Shown here: in pieces, positions 1-11,895 of the stretch | Position numbering within the stretch: the first letter of the stretch is position 1 | Layout of the letters: every line of letters starts with the position of its first letter | Assembly: GCF_006345805.1 (NCBI RefSeq) | Contig: NC_043015.1 | Coordinates: 48,422,001 to 48,486,000, forward strand | DNA from: Octopus sinensis | Lineage: Eukaryota | DNA: 64,000 nucleotides | Reading direction: 5' to 3' | The notes under the pieces: model-generated | The model's database searches: none | Seen by the model: the letters and a program-made list of their open reading frames with translations, nothing else | Told to the model about the DNA's origin: nothing | Made by a program: the position numbers and the translations under genes

Positions 1-921
1 ATTAATTAAATAGGAACATCCAAATCCAACAGAATAAGACAGAATAAAACAATATACATCAATAAATAGGATAATACCATATAAATAATACATATAAAAT
101 GGATCTTACAGCTGTTTCAGCCTGTAGATAAGGGTATCTCATTATGTTCATATTAGTCATATGTATTGAGGTAATATGCAGTTGGTTACAATCATAACCC
201 CTATCTCACTTTGCACTATATATATATATCCAAATTGATGGAGTGGAATAGCCAAAGCTTATGATACAATTGTTATGCAATAACCTCTACTCGCTGTAAC
301 TAATCATCAAGTCGAGATTACCTTTAAGAAGACAACATTGTCGCATAGAATTTCTAAGTTGGCCAAAATACAACAGTGAGTTCAACCGAATAAAAAAGCT
401 AGAATTAAAAAATATAAACAAAAAAAATTAAAACAATCAAAACAGTAAGTTTGAAGGGCCAATGAGCAATATAACAAATGTGAGGCCCAAAATATACGAG
501 ATGTAGGTAAGCATGCCTGTGTACTGGCACCTTAATCTCAACTCCTTCACACCTTTACCTATGTAAATTTGGACAACAGCATTTTTGTAGTCCACTAAAA
601 GGTGTCATCACTTCTCGACAAGATTTTTATGGACACAATATTATTCCTCATAATGGTAACGATCCTTTTCTTTTTCTTTTCTCTTCTTGCTTTCCTTCTC
701 TTTCTCCTTTTCTTCCCACTTAACTTAGTAATAATCCCGTCGTCTATAGGAAGAGGGCATGAAATTTTGAGGGTGGGGGGGGCTTAGTCAATTACTTTGA
801 CCCAGCGCTCAACTGGTACCAAAGTCATCTTTAGCAGAATTTGCATTCAGAACATTAAGACAGATGAAATGCTGCTAAGCATTTTGTCTGGCATGCAATA
901 ATAATAATAATAATCATCATC

Positions 922-2465
922 ATCATCATCATCATCATTTAGCGTCCGTTTTCCATGCTAGCATGGGTTGGACGGTTCAACTGGGGTCTGGGGAGCCCGA
1001 AGGCTGCACCAGGCCAGTCAGATCTGGCAGTGTTTCTACAGCTGGATGCCCTTCCTAACGCCAACCACTCCGAGAGTGTAGTGGGTGATTTTATGTGCCA
1101 CCGACACAGGTGCCAGACGAGGCTGGCGAACGGCCACGCTCGGATGGTGTTTTTATGTGCCACCGACACAGGTGCCAGACTAGGCTGGCAGACGGCCACG
1201 CTCGGATGGTGTTTTTATGTGCCACCGACACAGGTGCCAGATGAGGCTGGCGGACGGCCACGATCGGATGGTGTTTGTTACGTCCCCAAAGCACGGAGGC
1301 CAGTCTATGCGGTACTGGCTACGGCCACATTCGGATGATTTTCTTGTGTGCCACCGGCACTGGTACCACAAAGATACAAATTCCATTGATGTTCATCTAT
1401 TTTGATTTGTTTTGATTTGATTTGATTTTCACTTGCCTCAACAGGTCTTCACAAGTGTCACAAGAAGGAAGGTATGCACAGGTAGACTGACTACGTCCCA
1501 GGTAGGGGCCACGGGTTATGGCCTGACTAGTCTTGCCGGGTCTTCGGATGGTGTTTTTATGTGCCACCGACACAGGTGCCAGATGAGGCTGGCGAACGGC
1601 CACGATCGGATGGTGTTTGTTGCGTGCCCACAGCACGGAGGCCAGTCGATGCGGTACTGGCTACGGCCACGTTCGGATGGTTTTCTTGTGTGCCACCGCA
1701 CTGGTACCACAAAGATACAAATTCCATTGATGTTCATCTATTTTGATTTGATTTGATTTGATTTTCACTTGCCTCAACAGGTCTTCACAGGTGTCACAAG
1801 AAGGAAGGAAGGTATGCACAGGTGGACTGACTACGTCTCAAGTAGGGGCCACAGGTTATGGCCTGACTAGTCTTGCCGGGTCTTCGGTTGGTGTTTTTAT
1901 GTGCCACCGACACAGGTGCCAGATGAGGCTGGCGGACGGCCACGATCGGATGGTGTTTGTTATGTGCCCACATCACAAAGGCCAGTCGATGCGGTACTGG
2001 CTATGGCCACGTTCGGATGGTTTTCTTGTGTGCCACCGGCACTGGTACCACAAAGATACAAATTCCATTGATGTTCATCTATTTTGATTTGATTTGATTT
2101 TGATTTTCACTTGCCTCAACAGGTCTTCACAGGTGTCACAAGAAGGAAGGAAGGTATGCACAGGTGGACTGACTACGTCTCAAGTAGGGGCCACAGGTTA
2201 TGGCCTGACTAGTCTTGCCGGGTCTTCGGTTGGTGTTTTTATGTGCCACCGACACAGGTGCCAGATGAGGCTGGCGGACGGCCACGATCGGATGGTGTTT
2301 GTTATGTGCCCACATCACAAAGGCCAGTCGATGCGGTACTGGCTATGGCCACGTTCGGATGGTTTTCTTGTGTGCCACCGGTACTGGTACCACAAAGATA
2401 CAAATTCCATTGATGTTCATCTATTTTGATTTGGTTTGATTTGATTTGATTTGATTTTGATTTTG
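922..2465 (-). mobile_element. RTE-type LINE 3' UTR with internal tandem amplifications
   Basis: (GAT)n tail and the GGTTGGCGTTAGGAAGGGCATCCAGCTGTAG motif shared with the RT-bearing copy at 38329-39112. It carries about 62-bp units x3 (about 1090-1265) and about 340-bp units x3 (about 1415-2440). Confidence 0.75.
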
Positions 2466-2474
2466 ATAATAATA

Positions 2475-2820
2475 ATAATTTCTTTTATTGGCCACAAGGG
2501 CTGACAAAAATTAATTATCACATAAAGGGACAAAACAGGACGAAAGTTACAAAGGGTTTTGTCCGTTTGTAAAAAAAAACACGTAAAAACATTGTAACAA
2601 CGAAAAATTATAAGAACGAAAAACTCCCAATTGGGGGGGGGCGTTACGAAAGGTTCCTGGTGGAAAAACCCATAAAAGCCACGGGAGCCTGGTCAAAAGC
2701 TGGGTAGAGAGCCCCTTTCTCCTTTTGTAATACCTTTTTTCTTACAGGTGTATCCTCAGAATGGCTCCTTTCATACTAGCCATTCTTGCGACATTTATTC
2801 ACCTTTCACTAAACTTGCTA
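2475..2820 (-). mobile_element. Probable L1/Tx1-like LINE 3' end
   Basis: The minus strand encodes ...SKFSER*INVARMAS..., resembling the FxxRW C-terminus, followed by AATAAA and an (ATT)n tail. Confidence 0.4.
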
Positions 2821-2869
2821 AATAACGATAATAGTAATAATAATAATAAAGATAATGATAGTTTAAAAT

Positions 2870-3070
2870 TTGGCACTAGATCAGCAATTTCGGAGGAGGA
2901 AATAAAACAATTATATTGACCCCAATACTCAAGCTGGTACTTATTTTATTGACCCTGAAAGGGATGAAAAGCAAAGTCAACCCTGGCAGAATTTGAACTC
3001 AGAACATGAGCAGATGAAATACTTCTAAGCATTTTACCTGGTGTGCTAACAGTTCTGCCAGCTTGCCACC

Positions 3071-3117
<47 letters not shown>

Positions 3118-3365
3118 CATCCTTTCTACTGTAGGCACAAGACCTAAAATTTTGTGGGAGGGGGCTAGTTGATTACATCGACCCGAGTACACAGCTGGTA
3201 CTCATTCTATTGACCCTGGAAAGATGAAAGGCAAAAATTCAACCCTGGCAGAATTTGAACTCAGAATATGAGGCAGATAAAATACCTCTAAGCATTTTAC
3301 CTGGTGTGCTAACAGTTCTGCCAGCTTGGCACCTTAATACCATTATTATTATCATCATCATCATC

Positions 3366-3398
<33 letters not shown>

Positions 3399-3800
3399 TC
3401 CTTTCTACTGTAGGCACAAGACCTAAAATTTTGTGGGAGGGGGCTAGTTGATTACATTGACCCTAGTACACAACTGGTACTCGTTTTATTGACCCTGAAA
3501 GGATGAAAAGCAAAGTCAGCCCTGGCAGAATTTGAACTCGGAATGCAAAGACAGATGAAATGCCGCTAAGCATTTTGCCTAGCATGCTAACAATTCTGCC
3601 AACTCACAATAATAATAATAATAATTATTATTATTATTATTAGTAGTAGTAGTAGTAGTAGTAAACCTTTCTACTAAAGGCACAAGGCCTGAAATCTTGG
3701 CGAAAAGGGACTAAAGGATGAAAAGCAAAGTTGACTTCTGCAGTACTTGAACTCAGAATGTAAAGACAGATGAGATGCTAACAATTCTGCCAGTTGGCTA
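2870..3800 (-). repeat. Cluster of four diverged SINE-B-like copies separated by (AAT)n tracts
   Basis: The core ggtacttattttattgaccctgaaaggatgaaaagcaaagtcaaccctggcagaatttgaactcagaa recurs at about 2930, 3200, 3475 and 3715. Confidence 0.7.
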
Positions 3801-3815
3801 CCTTACCACTGCTGC

Positions 3816-3896
<81 letters not shown>

Positions 3897-3956
3897 TACT
3901 ACTACCACCACCACCACCACCACCACCACTACTACAAATGATGATGATGATGATGC

Positions 3957-5345
3957 AATACCAGGCAGTGGCTCTCATGGCTTCTGATCTTAACTGATTG
4001 GAAGTGCTATCACGTGCATTGTTTTGACTTGGTGCAAAAGATGGGCTACAGTAAATATTCTGCTCAATACCACAGATTTGCCTTTCAGTTGCTTGACCTT
4101 AACCAGTTGAGCATGTCCCTTAGTGGCTGACGATATGTGCATCTCTGATCACGAGCAGAAGTAGTGGTGGGAGCATCATAGCCATGTGTTGAGAGGAATT
4201 CTTTTGGGTTTGGATAATTCACCTTTGGAAACATGGGTGTTTTGTTCAACATCCTTAAACAACTCTTATTCAGGGACCTTTTGAGCAGGAGAAAATTCTA
4301 ACTGGGCCCCACCTGCAAGGTCATGTGTTGTTTATCTTGATATCAGATCACTATGCCACGCACATATGGTTGTGATGCAATGTGCCTGGTGTACCCTTAT
4401 CAGGCGGGTAGTCATGATGGGTATATTGGGCTTCGTATATTTTACCCCAGTGTCACTTTGATGGCATGCAATGCTCTCTCACTCAATAATAATAATAATA
4501 ATAATACACAAAATACTTTCTATGTAATCTCAAGTTTTAAAACAAACATAATTTTCGTATGGTTCTTTAGGCATTCACTAGTACAACACTAAGTACAAAA
4601 CCAAATATATGGCACCCTAGGCATAACACCAACATGAACTTCCAACTTGTTGTCTCTTGAGGTCTCTGGGTGAGACTTGGAGCCAGCTTGTGCAAATGTA
4701 AAGCAAAAGTCAATCATAGTATAATAATAATAATAATGATAATAATAATAACAATAATAATAATAATAATAATAATAATAGTAATAATAATAATATCTGA
4801 TACAGTACCAGGCATTGGCTCTCATGGCTTCTGATCTTAACTGATTGGAAGTGTTATCATGTACATTGTTTTGTCTTGGTATAAAAGATGGGCTACAGCA
4901 AATATTCTGCTCAATACCACAGATTTGCTTGTCAGTTGTTTTACCTTAACCAGTTGAGCATGTCCCTTAGTGGCTGACGATATGTGCATCTCTGATCATG
5001 AGCAGAAGTAGTGGGGGAGCATCATAGCCATGTGTTGAGAGGGATTCTTTGGGGTTGAATAATTCACCTCTGGAAACATGGGTGGTTCTTTCAACATCCT
5101 TAAACAACCCTTATTCAGGGACCTTTTGAGCAGGATGGGCTACTCAACCTGAAGAAAATTCTAACTGGGCCCCACCTGCAAGGTCATGTGCTGTTTATCT
5201 TGATATGAGATCACCATGTCGCGCACATATGGTTCTGATGCATGTGCTGGTGTACCCTTATCAGACGGGTAGTCATGATGGGTATATTGGGCTTCGTATA
5301 TTTTACCCCAGTGTCACTTTGATGGCATGAACTGCTCTCTCACTC

Positions 5346-5346
<1 letters not shown>
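3957..5346. mobile_element. Two direct copies (about 3957-4485 and 4803-5346) of a roughly 540-bp retroelement fragment embedded in (TAA)n, possibly Dong/R4-like
   Basis: Both copies run from taccaggca(g/t)tggctctcatggcttctgatc to ctctctcactcaataataat, with trinucleotide microsatellites on both sides. The family assignment is inferred from the TAA context only. Confidence 0.6.
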
Positions 5347-5379
<33 letters not shown>

Positions 5380-6268
5380 TACCCATGTATTTTAATTTAA
5401 CTTTATTTCTATCAAAAAAAAAAAATGAACAAACGAGTGAGTTTAGTTTAATGGCCTACCAATGTATACTATGAGTTTCTTTGCCCTAGGAGTCGGGAAG
5501 ACACTTGGCAAGAAATGGAAGCAAATTTGAAAGAAGAAGAAAAACCCATAAATAATAATAATAATAATAATAATGAGCTTATTGTTTACAGTGTTCAGGT
5601 GCTTTACTGTTTGTTGGAAAAGGTTAAAAGTGTGCACAGAAAGCAGATGTAGAAGTCAAGTAAACGAAAGGTAGAAGTAATTTGCGCAACACTCAGAAAA
5701 AAAAAAAATAGAGAAAAGTGAACAACATTTTTCAGTTTTAAAATAAGGAAGAAGAATTTGGCCAAAATAACTCAGCCATTATTAAAAATGGTATTTGAAG
5801 CATAAATTAACATGCTGTTTCTTTTGGGTTATTTTTGTAATGAAAAATTTTAATGGTATTTCGCACTGTTATTCATTCAAGCAATACTTGATATCTCTTA
5901 CACATACCATTCTAAATACCATCAGCTGTTGACTCCATTCTTCATTATCCACTCATTCTAACAATACTCAACACCATCTGAAGAACCAACACAAAATGGC
6001 AGCTGGCAGACTTTAACTGTCAAGTCACAAAAATCAACATTCCTTTTTGACAGTCAGGTGACTGGTGTATCATATCACCTTACCTTTTCTCTTTTATCTG
6101 TTACTTGTTTCAGACATTTGACAGTGGCCAAGCTGTGGCACTGCCCTGAAGGGGTTTGGTCAAACGAATTGACACCAGTGCTTATTTTTTATAGTTTGAT
6201 ACTTAGCTGTTCAGTAAAAGGTATTGATAGACATAAACAAACCAACACTGGTTGACAAGTGGTAGTGA

Positions 6269-6502
6269 AGGCGGCGAGCTGGCAGAACCGTTAGCACGCC
6301 GGGCAAAATGCTTAGCGGTATTTCGTCTGCCGCTACGTTCTGAGTTCAAATTCCGCCGAGGTCGACTTTCCCTTTCATCCTTTCGGGGTCGATTAAATAA
6401 GTACCAGTTACGCACTGGGGGTCAATATAATCGACTTAATCCGCCTGTCTGTCCTTGTTTGTCCTCTCTGTGTTTAGCCCCTTGTGGGCAGTAAAGAAAC
6501 AG
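6269..6502 (+). mobile_element. SINE family B (about 235 bp), representative full copy
   Basis: Runs GGCGGCGAGCTGGCAG...GTTCAAATTCC...GGTCGACTTTCCCTTTCATCCTTTCGGGGTCGA...GTAAAGAAA. Other copies lie at about 25270-25490(-), 27851-28085(+), 31072-31285(-), 42175-42406(+) and 55860-56405(-). Confidence 0.85.
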
Positions 6503-6669
6503 GTAGTGGGGGACAAACACAAACACAGAAGACACACAAACACACACACACACATGCATATATATATATGTATGTATGTATATATGTATGTTTCAAAATA
6601 TGACCACGTGTGTACCGTTGGCGATTTTTTTCCTCCGTCTTCCCTTCTTTGGATGTTTCCTTTTCCTAT

Positions 6670-6704
6670 GTTTCTGACGAAGAGCTCCGCTCGAAACGTT
6701 AAAC
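6670..6704 (+). ncRNA. Minimal type I hammerhead ribozyme motif in a Penelope-like terminal repeat (about 6600-6785)
   Basis: GTTT-CTGACGA-A-GAGC(TCC)GCTC-GAAA-CG-TT-AAAC: stem I GTTT/AAAC, intact CUGANGA/GAAA core, stem II GAGC/GCTC and palindromic ACGU stem III. Confidence 0.6.
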
Positions 6705-6824
6705 CCTCCTTCTTTCCTGAGCGTCCAATAATACTGTACTTGTTCCACGTCCTTGCGTTGTTGTGTTTTCATGTTTGGATTAACTTTATGTATGTATGTA
6801 TGTATATATATATACACATTCATG

Positions 6825-7300
6825 TCAGCTCACTTTCGAGTGCTACTGGTAACATGTAACCCAGTACAACTTGTTGCATGGTCGGGTCGTTGGCGACTAA
6901 ACCAGCAACCCCACCAAGCATGCTTGGTGAGGAGGGTGTTTATTGGACACCCTGCGAGATGAAAAACAAAACCCGTCAAAAGGAGGAACTCTTGAGAGTC
7001 AGCGGCCATCCAATAAATGTCTTAAGGCTGCATCATGCACGGGGACATAGAAATAATTGGACTGAATACCCGATCGCACAGTTAAACCATTGGGAGTGAA
7101 GGACTTCTAGCCTTTGTTAGGGCATCCTTCTGGGAGAAGGTAACTCAGGTAACTGGGATAACTCCGACATAAAACCTGCGGCTCAGTGGTTACCGATGAT
7201 GTTGACTTGTTCTTCTTTTCGGATTATGGCTGCTGTTGCTTAGTGAGTGGGATTGACTCAGTGCACAGCCTTTCCTCACTTTAAAAAAAAAATCTTCTTG
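6825..7300 (+). mobile_element. Putative isolated 5' UTR of an RTE-type LINE
   Basis: GGGCATCCTTCTGGGAGAAGGTAACTC resembles, from memory, the GGGCAACC...GGAGAAGGAAAACTC motif of RTE leaders. The first 130 nt are hairpin-rich and no ORF follows. Confidence 0.4.
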
Positions 7301-7416
7301 CACAGGCATGCACGATAACAACATTGATTAAGCTTCGTGCAATGGCCATACTCGATAATGAGGGGGTAGCCACCATATATACACATACATACATATGTAT
7401 ATTATGTATATGTATG

Positions 7417-7458
<42 letters not shown>

Positions 7459-7584
7459 ATATATGTATATATATGTGTATATATATATATATAATATATA
7501 TATATATATTATATATATATATATTTTTTCTAGTTTCAGCTCAGAGCTGCGGCCATGCTGATGCACCGCCGTTAATTAAGATGC

Positions 7585-7633
7585 CTCCCCGCGGTGAATC
7601 GAACCCCGGTCTCCCGCGTGACACTACCGAGGA
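7585..7633 (-). pseudogene. tRNA-Asp(GTC) pseudogene lacking the D-arm
   Basis: The minus strand reads TCCTCGGTAG-TGTCACGCGGGAGACCGGGGTTCGATTCACCGCGGGGAG, which is the acceptor stem and the anticodon-to-3' half of eukaryotic tRNA-Asp with about 22 nt deleted. Confidence 0.8.
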
Positions 7634-7744
7634 CACCTAAAAATGTCGAGACGGGCTAAATGGCTGTTAAAGTAGTTTGTCTGTCGTGGTAACGATTGTG
7701 CCAGCTCGCTGCCTATATATATATATATATATGTATATATATAC

Positions 7745-7829
<85 letters not shown>

Positions 7830-7836
<7 letters not shown>

Positions 7837-8102
7837 GCCATTGCCAGCCATGCCTGGCCTCCGTGCTGGCGGTGCGTAAAAAGCATCATCCGACCGTGGC
7901 CGTTTGCCAGCCCCATCTGGCACCTGTGCCGGTGGCACGTAAAAAACACCCACTACACTCACGGAGTGGTTGGCGTTAGGAAGGGCATCCGGCCGTAGAA
8001 ACATTGCCAGATCAGACTGGGCCTTCCCAGACCCCGTTGAACCATCCAACCGATGCTAGCATGGAAAGCAGACGCTAAATGATGATGATGATGATGATGA
8101 TA
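7830..8102 (+). mobile_element. RTE 3' UTR fragment
   Basis: GGTTGGCGTTAGGAAGGGCATCC...GCTAGCATGGAAAGCAGACGCTAAATGATGATG. Similar copies lie at about 15605-15960(-), 30200-30465(+), 33340-33560(-), 39910-40340(+) and 43625-44040(-). Confidence 0.8.
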
Positions 8103-8417
8103 GAGAGAGAGAGAGAGAGAGAGAATAACAAGCTAGTCAGAATGTTGGATGGGTGTATGTATTTTTATTGACATTTTTATCGCTTTCTTCTGTTATTTGG
8201 ATTTATTTGATTTACAGTAAATTTACTTTGCCTTTTTATATAAAATTGAAACTGATGTTGTTTTAGAAAGTTGACTCCAATGAAATTTGAACTCAAAACA
8301 TGAAGACAGACAAACAACAACAATAACCAGTAATTTTGCAAACACACAGACAAACAAACAAACGGACAAAGACCAGTGATTACAATAATACTGCTTTGCT
8401 TATGCATGCAGGGTTAA

Positions 8418-8778
8418 TGATAACAAGAGCCCCCAGGGAGTGCAAGCACCAACATCCTTCTCAACGATTAGCCAGAGATGATTTTTAAAAGGAGAATATC
8501 TGAAATAAACTCAACTGCTCTCACAAGCGAGAATACTAAAAATGAACCCAGCCGCTCTCAAAAATTAAGTAAAAAAAAACGGAAAAATAATCCAGAATCC
8601 TTGTCCAGTACCAGATTAATCCCAAAATCTAATCAGTCCGTGCCTGTCATGAGGCCAAACATCTCTGAAAGTTTCATCTGAATCGATTCAGCAGTTCTTG
8701 AGATATCTTGTCCATGGATGAACAAGCAAACACAACTGGAAACAACACCTCTGCATTAGCTAAGGCGGAGGGAATAAG
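8418..8778 (+). mobile_element. Non-autonomous Helitron/Helentron-like element
   Basis: AAGTTTCATCTGAATCGATTCAGCAGTTCTTGAGATATC followed by AACACCTCTGC...GGCGGAGG, a layout resembling DINE/HINE-type elements. Confidence 0.4.
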
Positions 8779-9372
8779 TGTTCCAAATTTTCACACAATG
8801 CAATCAATTTTAGGAGGAAGTGGACAATCATTTCCATTTGCCTAGTACTTGACTGGTACTTTGTTATTGTCCTGTAAAGGATGAAAGGCAGAGTTGATCT
8901 CGGCCGGATTTGCGCTCAGAAAGTAAAGAGCCGGAAGAAATCTCATTAAGCGTTTTGAGTATGGTCCTTACCGCCTTAATAATAAACACTCTCTTTTACT
9001 CTGTTACTTGTTTCAGTCATTTGACTGCGGCCATGCTGGAGCACCGCCTTTTAATCCAGCAAATCAACCCCAGAACTTATTCTTTGTAAGCCCAGTACTT
9101 ATTCTATCGGTCTCTTTTGCCGAACCGCTAAGTGACGGGGACATAAACACACCAGCATCGGTTGTCAAGCAATGCTAGGGGGACAAACACAGACACACAA
9201 ACATATACACACACATACATATATACATATATATACATATATACGACAGGCTTCTTTCAGTTTCCGTCTACCAAATCCACTCACAAGGCTTTGGTCGGCC
9301 CGAGGCTATAGCAGAAGACACTTGCCCAATAATAAATTTTTTTAATCAAAGTTTTAAAAAATTTCTTTATAA

Positions 9373-9790
9373 GGCACAGGAGTGGCTGTGTGGTAAGTAG
9401 CTTGCTTACTAACCACATGGTTCCGGGTTCATTCCCACTGCATGGCACCTTGGCATGTGTCTTCTACTATAGCCTCAGGCCGACCAAAGCCTTGTGAGTG
9501 GATTTGGTAGACGGAAAATGAAAGAACCCCATCGTATATATGTATATATATATGTGTATGTGTGTGTATACGTTTGTGTGTCTGTGTTTGTCCCCCCAAC
9601 ATCACTTGACAGCCGATGGTGGTGTGTTTACATCCCCGTAACTTAGCGGTACGGCAAAAAGAGACCAATAGAATAAGTACTAGGCTTCCAAAGAATAAGT
9701 CCTGGGGTCGATTTGCTCGACTAAAGGTGGTGCTCCAGCATGGCTGCAGTCAAATGACTGAAACAAGTAAAAGATAAAAGAATAAAAGAG
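9373..9790 (+). mobile_element. SINE family A (about 400 bp, tRNA-like head, internal TA/TG microsatellite), representative copy
   Basis: Runs GGC(G/A)CAGGAGTGGCTGTGTGGTAAG...GGTTCA(G/T)TCCC...GACTGAAACAAGTAAAAGA. More than 15 copies occur, including 8985-9328(-), 12080-12875(-, two), 18200-18575(+), 23595-23995(+), 24295-24815(+), 25705-26106(-), 28605-29007(-), 29330-29713(-), 33825-34230(-), 34725-35172(-), 35940-36340(-), 44485-44895(+) and 60585-60980(-). Confidence 0.88.
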
Positions 9791-10426
9791 AAACTATTTC
9801 TTAGGTGCCTTCAGTTTCAAATACACCATTTTCTTTGATACAAACTCAGCTCATCCCACCTGGAAGTTATCTTTTCTGACTGCAAAATGTAAACTGAACA
9901 GTTTATGCAAATAGCTAATGAAAAGCATTGAATTCTTTCCAACCAAACATCAGTAACATAGCTAGGGTGAGCAAGGCAGCCCATCTGTCCTTGGTGGTGC
10001 TTTTATACAGGCGGCACTTTTGGGTCAGCTTGTATAAGCCTGTGTGAGGAGGAGGGGAACTCAAGGGCTATCCCAGGTGGCACACATTCTAGCAATACCA
10101 CTGCCAAAATTTCAAAGTGTTTAAATGTAAAATGAGACAATAATTTGTTGCATAACACAGATTCACATGGAAGAGGAAGTAGGATGGTGGTATGTTCTCA
10201 TCTTTCACTCGAGAATTACTGACATAACTAAGAACTGGAACTAGATTGTGAATTCCACTGGCAGTAATAAAAGTGAAACAAGATCATGTCACACACACAC
10301 ACACGTGCACACACTGAGTAATAGTAAATGTAATAATCACCACGAAAAGATTCACCACTATATGTATGATACAAATGAAGTCTATGTATGACATCATTAA
10401 AATGAAATCTGTCTGATTATAGATGT

Positions 10427-10915
10427 GGAGGTGCATGGCTTGGTGGTTAGGGTGTAAGCATCATGATCGTAAGATCGTGGTTTCGATTTCTGGACCAGGT
10501 GACGTGTTGTGTTCTTGAGCAAAACACTTCATTTCACGTTGCTCCAGTCCACTTAGCTGGGCAAAAATGAGTAACGCTGCGATGGACTGGCGTCCCATCC
10601 AGCTGGGGAACACATATGCCATAGAAACCAGGAAACTGGGCCCATGAGCCTGGCTAGGCTTTAAAAGGGTACAGTAGAGGCACTTGGCTTAGTGGTTAGG
10701 GTGTCAGCATCATGATCGTAAGATTGTGGTTTCGATTTCTGGACCGGGCGACGCGTTGTGTTCTTGAGCAAAACACTTCATTTCATGTTGCTCCAGCCCA
10801 CTCAGCTGGCAAAAATGAGTAACGCTGCAATGGACTGGTGTCCCGTCCAGCTGGGGAATGCATTCACCTGAGAAACCGGGCCCATGAGCCTAGCTAGACT
10901 TTAAAAAAGGGTGCA
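10427..10915 (+). mobile_element. Two tandem copies of a tRNA-headed SINE (family D)
   Basis: TGGTTAGGGTGT...GGTTTCGATTTCTGGACC head and GATGGACTGGCGTCCCATCCAGCTGGGGAA core, repeated at about 10430 and 10680. Confidence 0.75.
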
Positions 10916-11390
10916 TTTATTGTTTTTTTTATTCTGATTACAGATGCCGCCCACATTCTTTGTGCCAGTTCAAATCTGATGTTGAGGAACTTCAGTCTAC
11001 AGTCAATGCTTGTTAAACCCTTAAGCACTGAGATTATGGAGACAAAAGAGTTAAAGAATGATTAATTTTTTATGATAGTTTTTAATTGTTTTTCAATGAA
11101 TAAGCAATATATGGAGTATCTGATGAGACCACCTGGAATGGTAAACCAAAACGATGGCTACTACTGCTGTAACAGATTAGTTCCAAATTACTTTAGCTCT
11201 TAAGCATTCAGATTATTCTGTCAAATGTAATTCTAATTTATTTATATTACTTTGAAACAATCATACATTATCTCATAGCTTCAAGATTATGATGAAGTGA
11301 TAATTTATGACATTGTAGGGCAGGTGTAATGGATCAAACTAACGAACTAACTGAATTATTTCACAATGTTATAAGCTGTAAATAAAATAA

Positions 11391-11895
11391 TAATGAAATT
11401 ATTGTATTCAGTGCTCACCACAACTTGTCAAAAAGTGCGTATAAAGTATATGCAGTAATGTACAAATATCTGGAAAGTGAACAATGTATGAGTCAGATAC
11501 ATGCTTGCATATGTATGGAAGGGAGAAAATCAGGTGTAGTGTTGGCGGATCTCAGGAAGCATGGAAGTTTTGAAGGATGCAGTGCTCCGACAACTAACAA
11601 CTGATGCCAGCAGTTTGTTCCATGCTTCAGCAACTCTTAGCGTGAAAAAATGTTTCTGAAAGTCATGGGAGCTGTGCTGTTTTCTGACTTTGTAAACATG
11701 TCCACGGGTATTAGACAGGTGGAGTTTGAAAAGGTTCTCAGAGTTATTGTTAGTAAGATGGATAATAATTTTATGGGTGTCTACCCAGTCAGCTGCCAGA
11801 CGTCAGAGTTTCAATGTATCCATGCCCCGGGAAGTAAGGCGTTCAGAATATGGCAAATGCCTGATGGAGGGTATTCTCTTGGTTGCACGTCACTG
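11391..11895 (-). mobile_element. CR1-type LINE 3' end
   Basis: Reverse complement of the 22133-22640 copy, with the RT C-terminus and (ATT)n tail. Confidence 0.8.

Noticed and set aside
100-135. Hammerhead half-motif GAAACAGCTGTA on the minus strand
   Set aside because: No CUGANGA and matching stem I partner was found nearby.
939-2429. Many 60-130-aa overlapping ORFs with repeated CHRHRCQ motifs
   Set aside because: They are readings of the tandemly repeated RTE 3' UTR on both strands, with no protein family signature.
922-2465. CRISPR-like array
   Set aside because: The DNA is eukaryotic and the units repeat in full without unique spacers.
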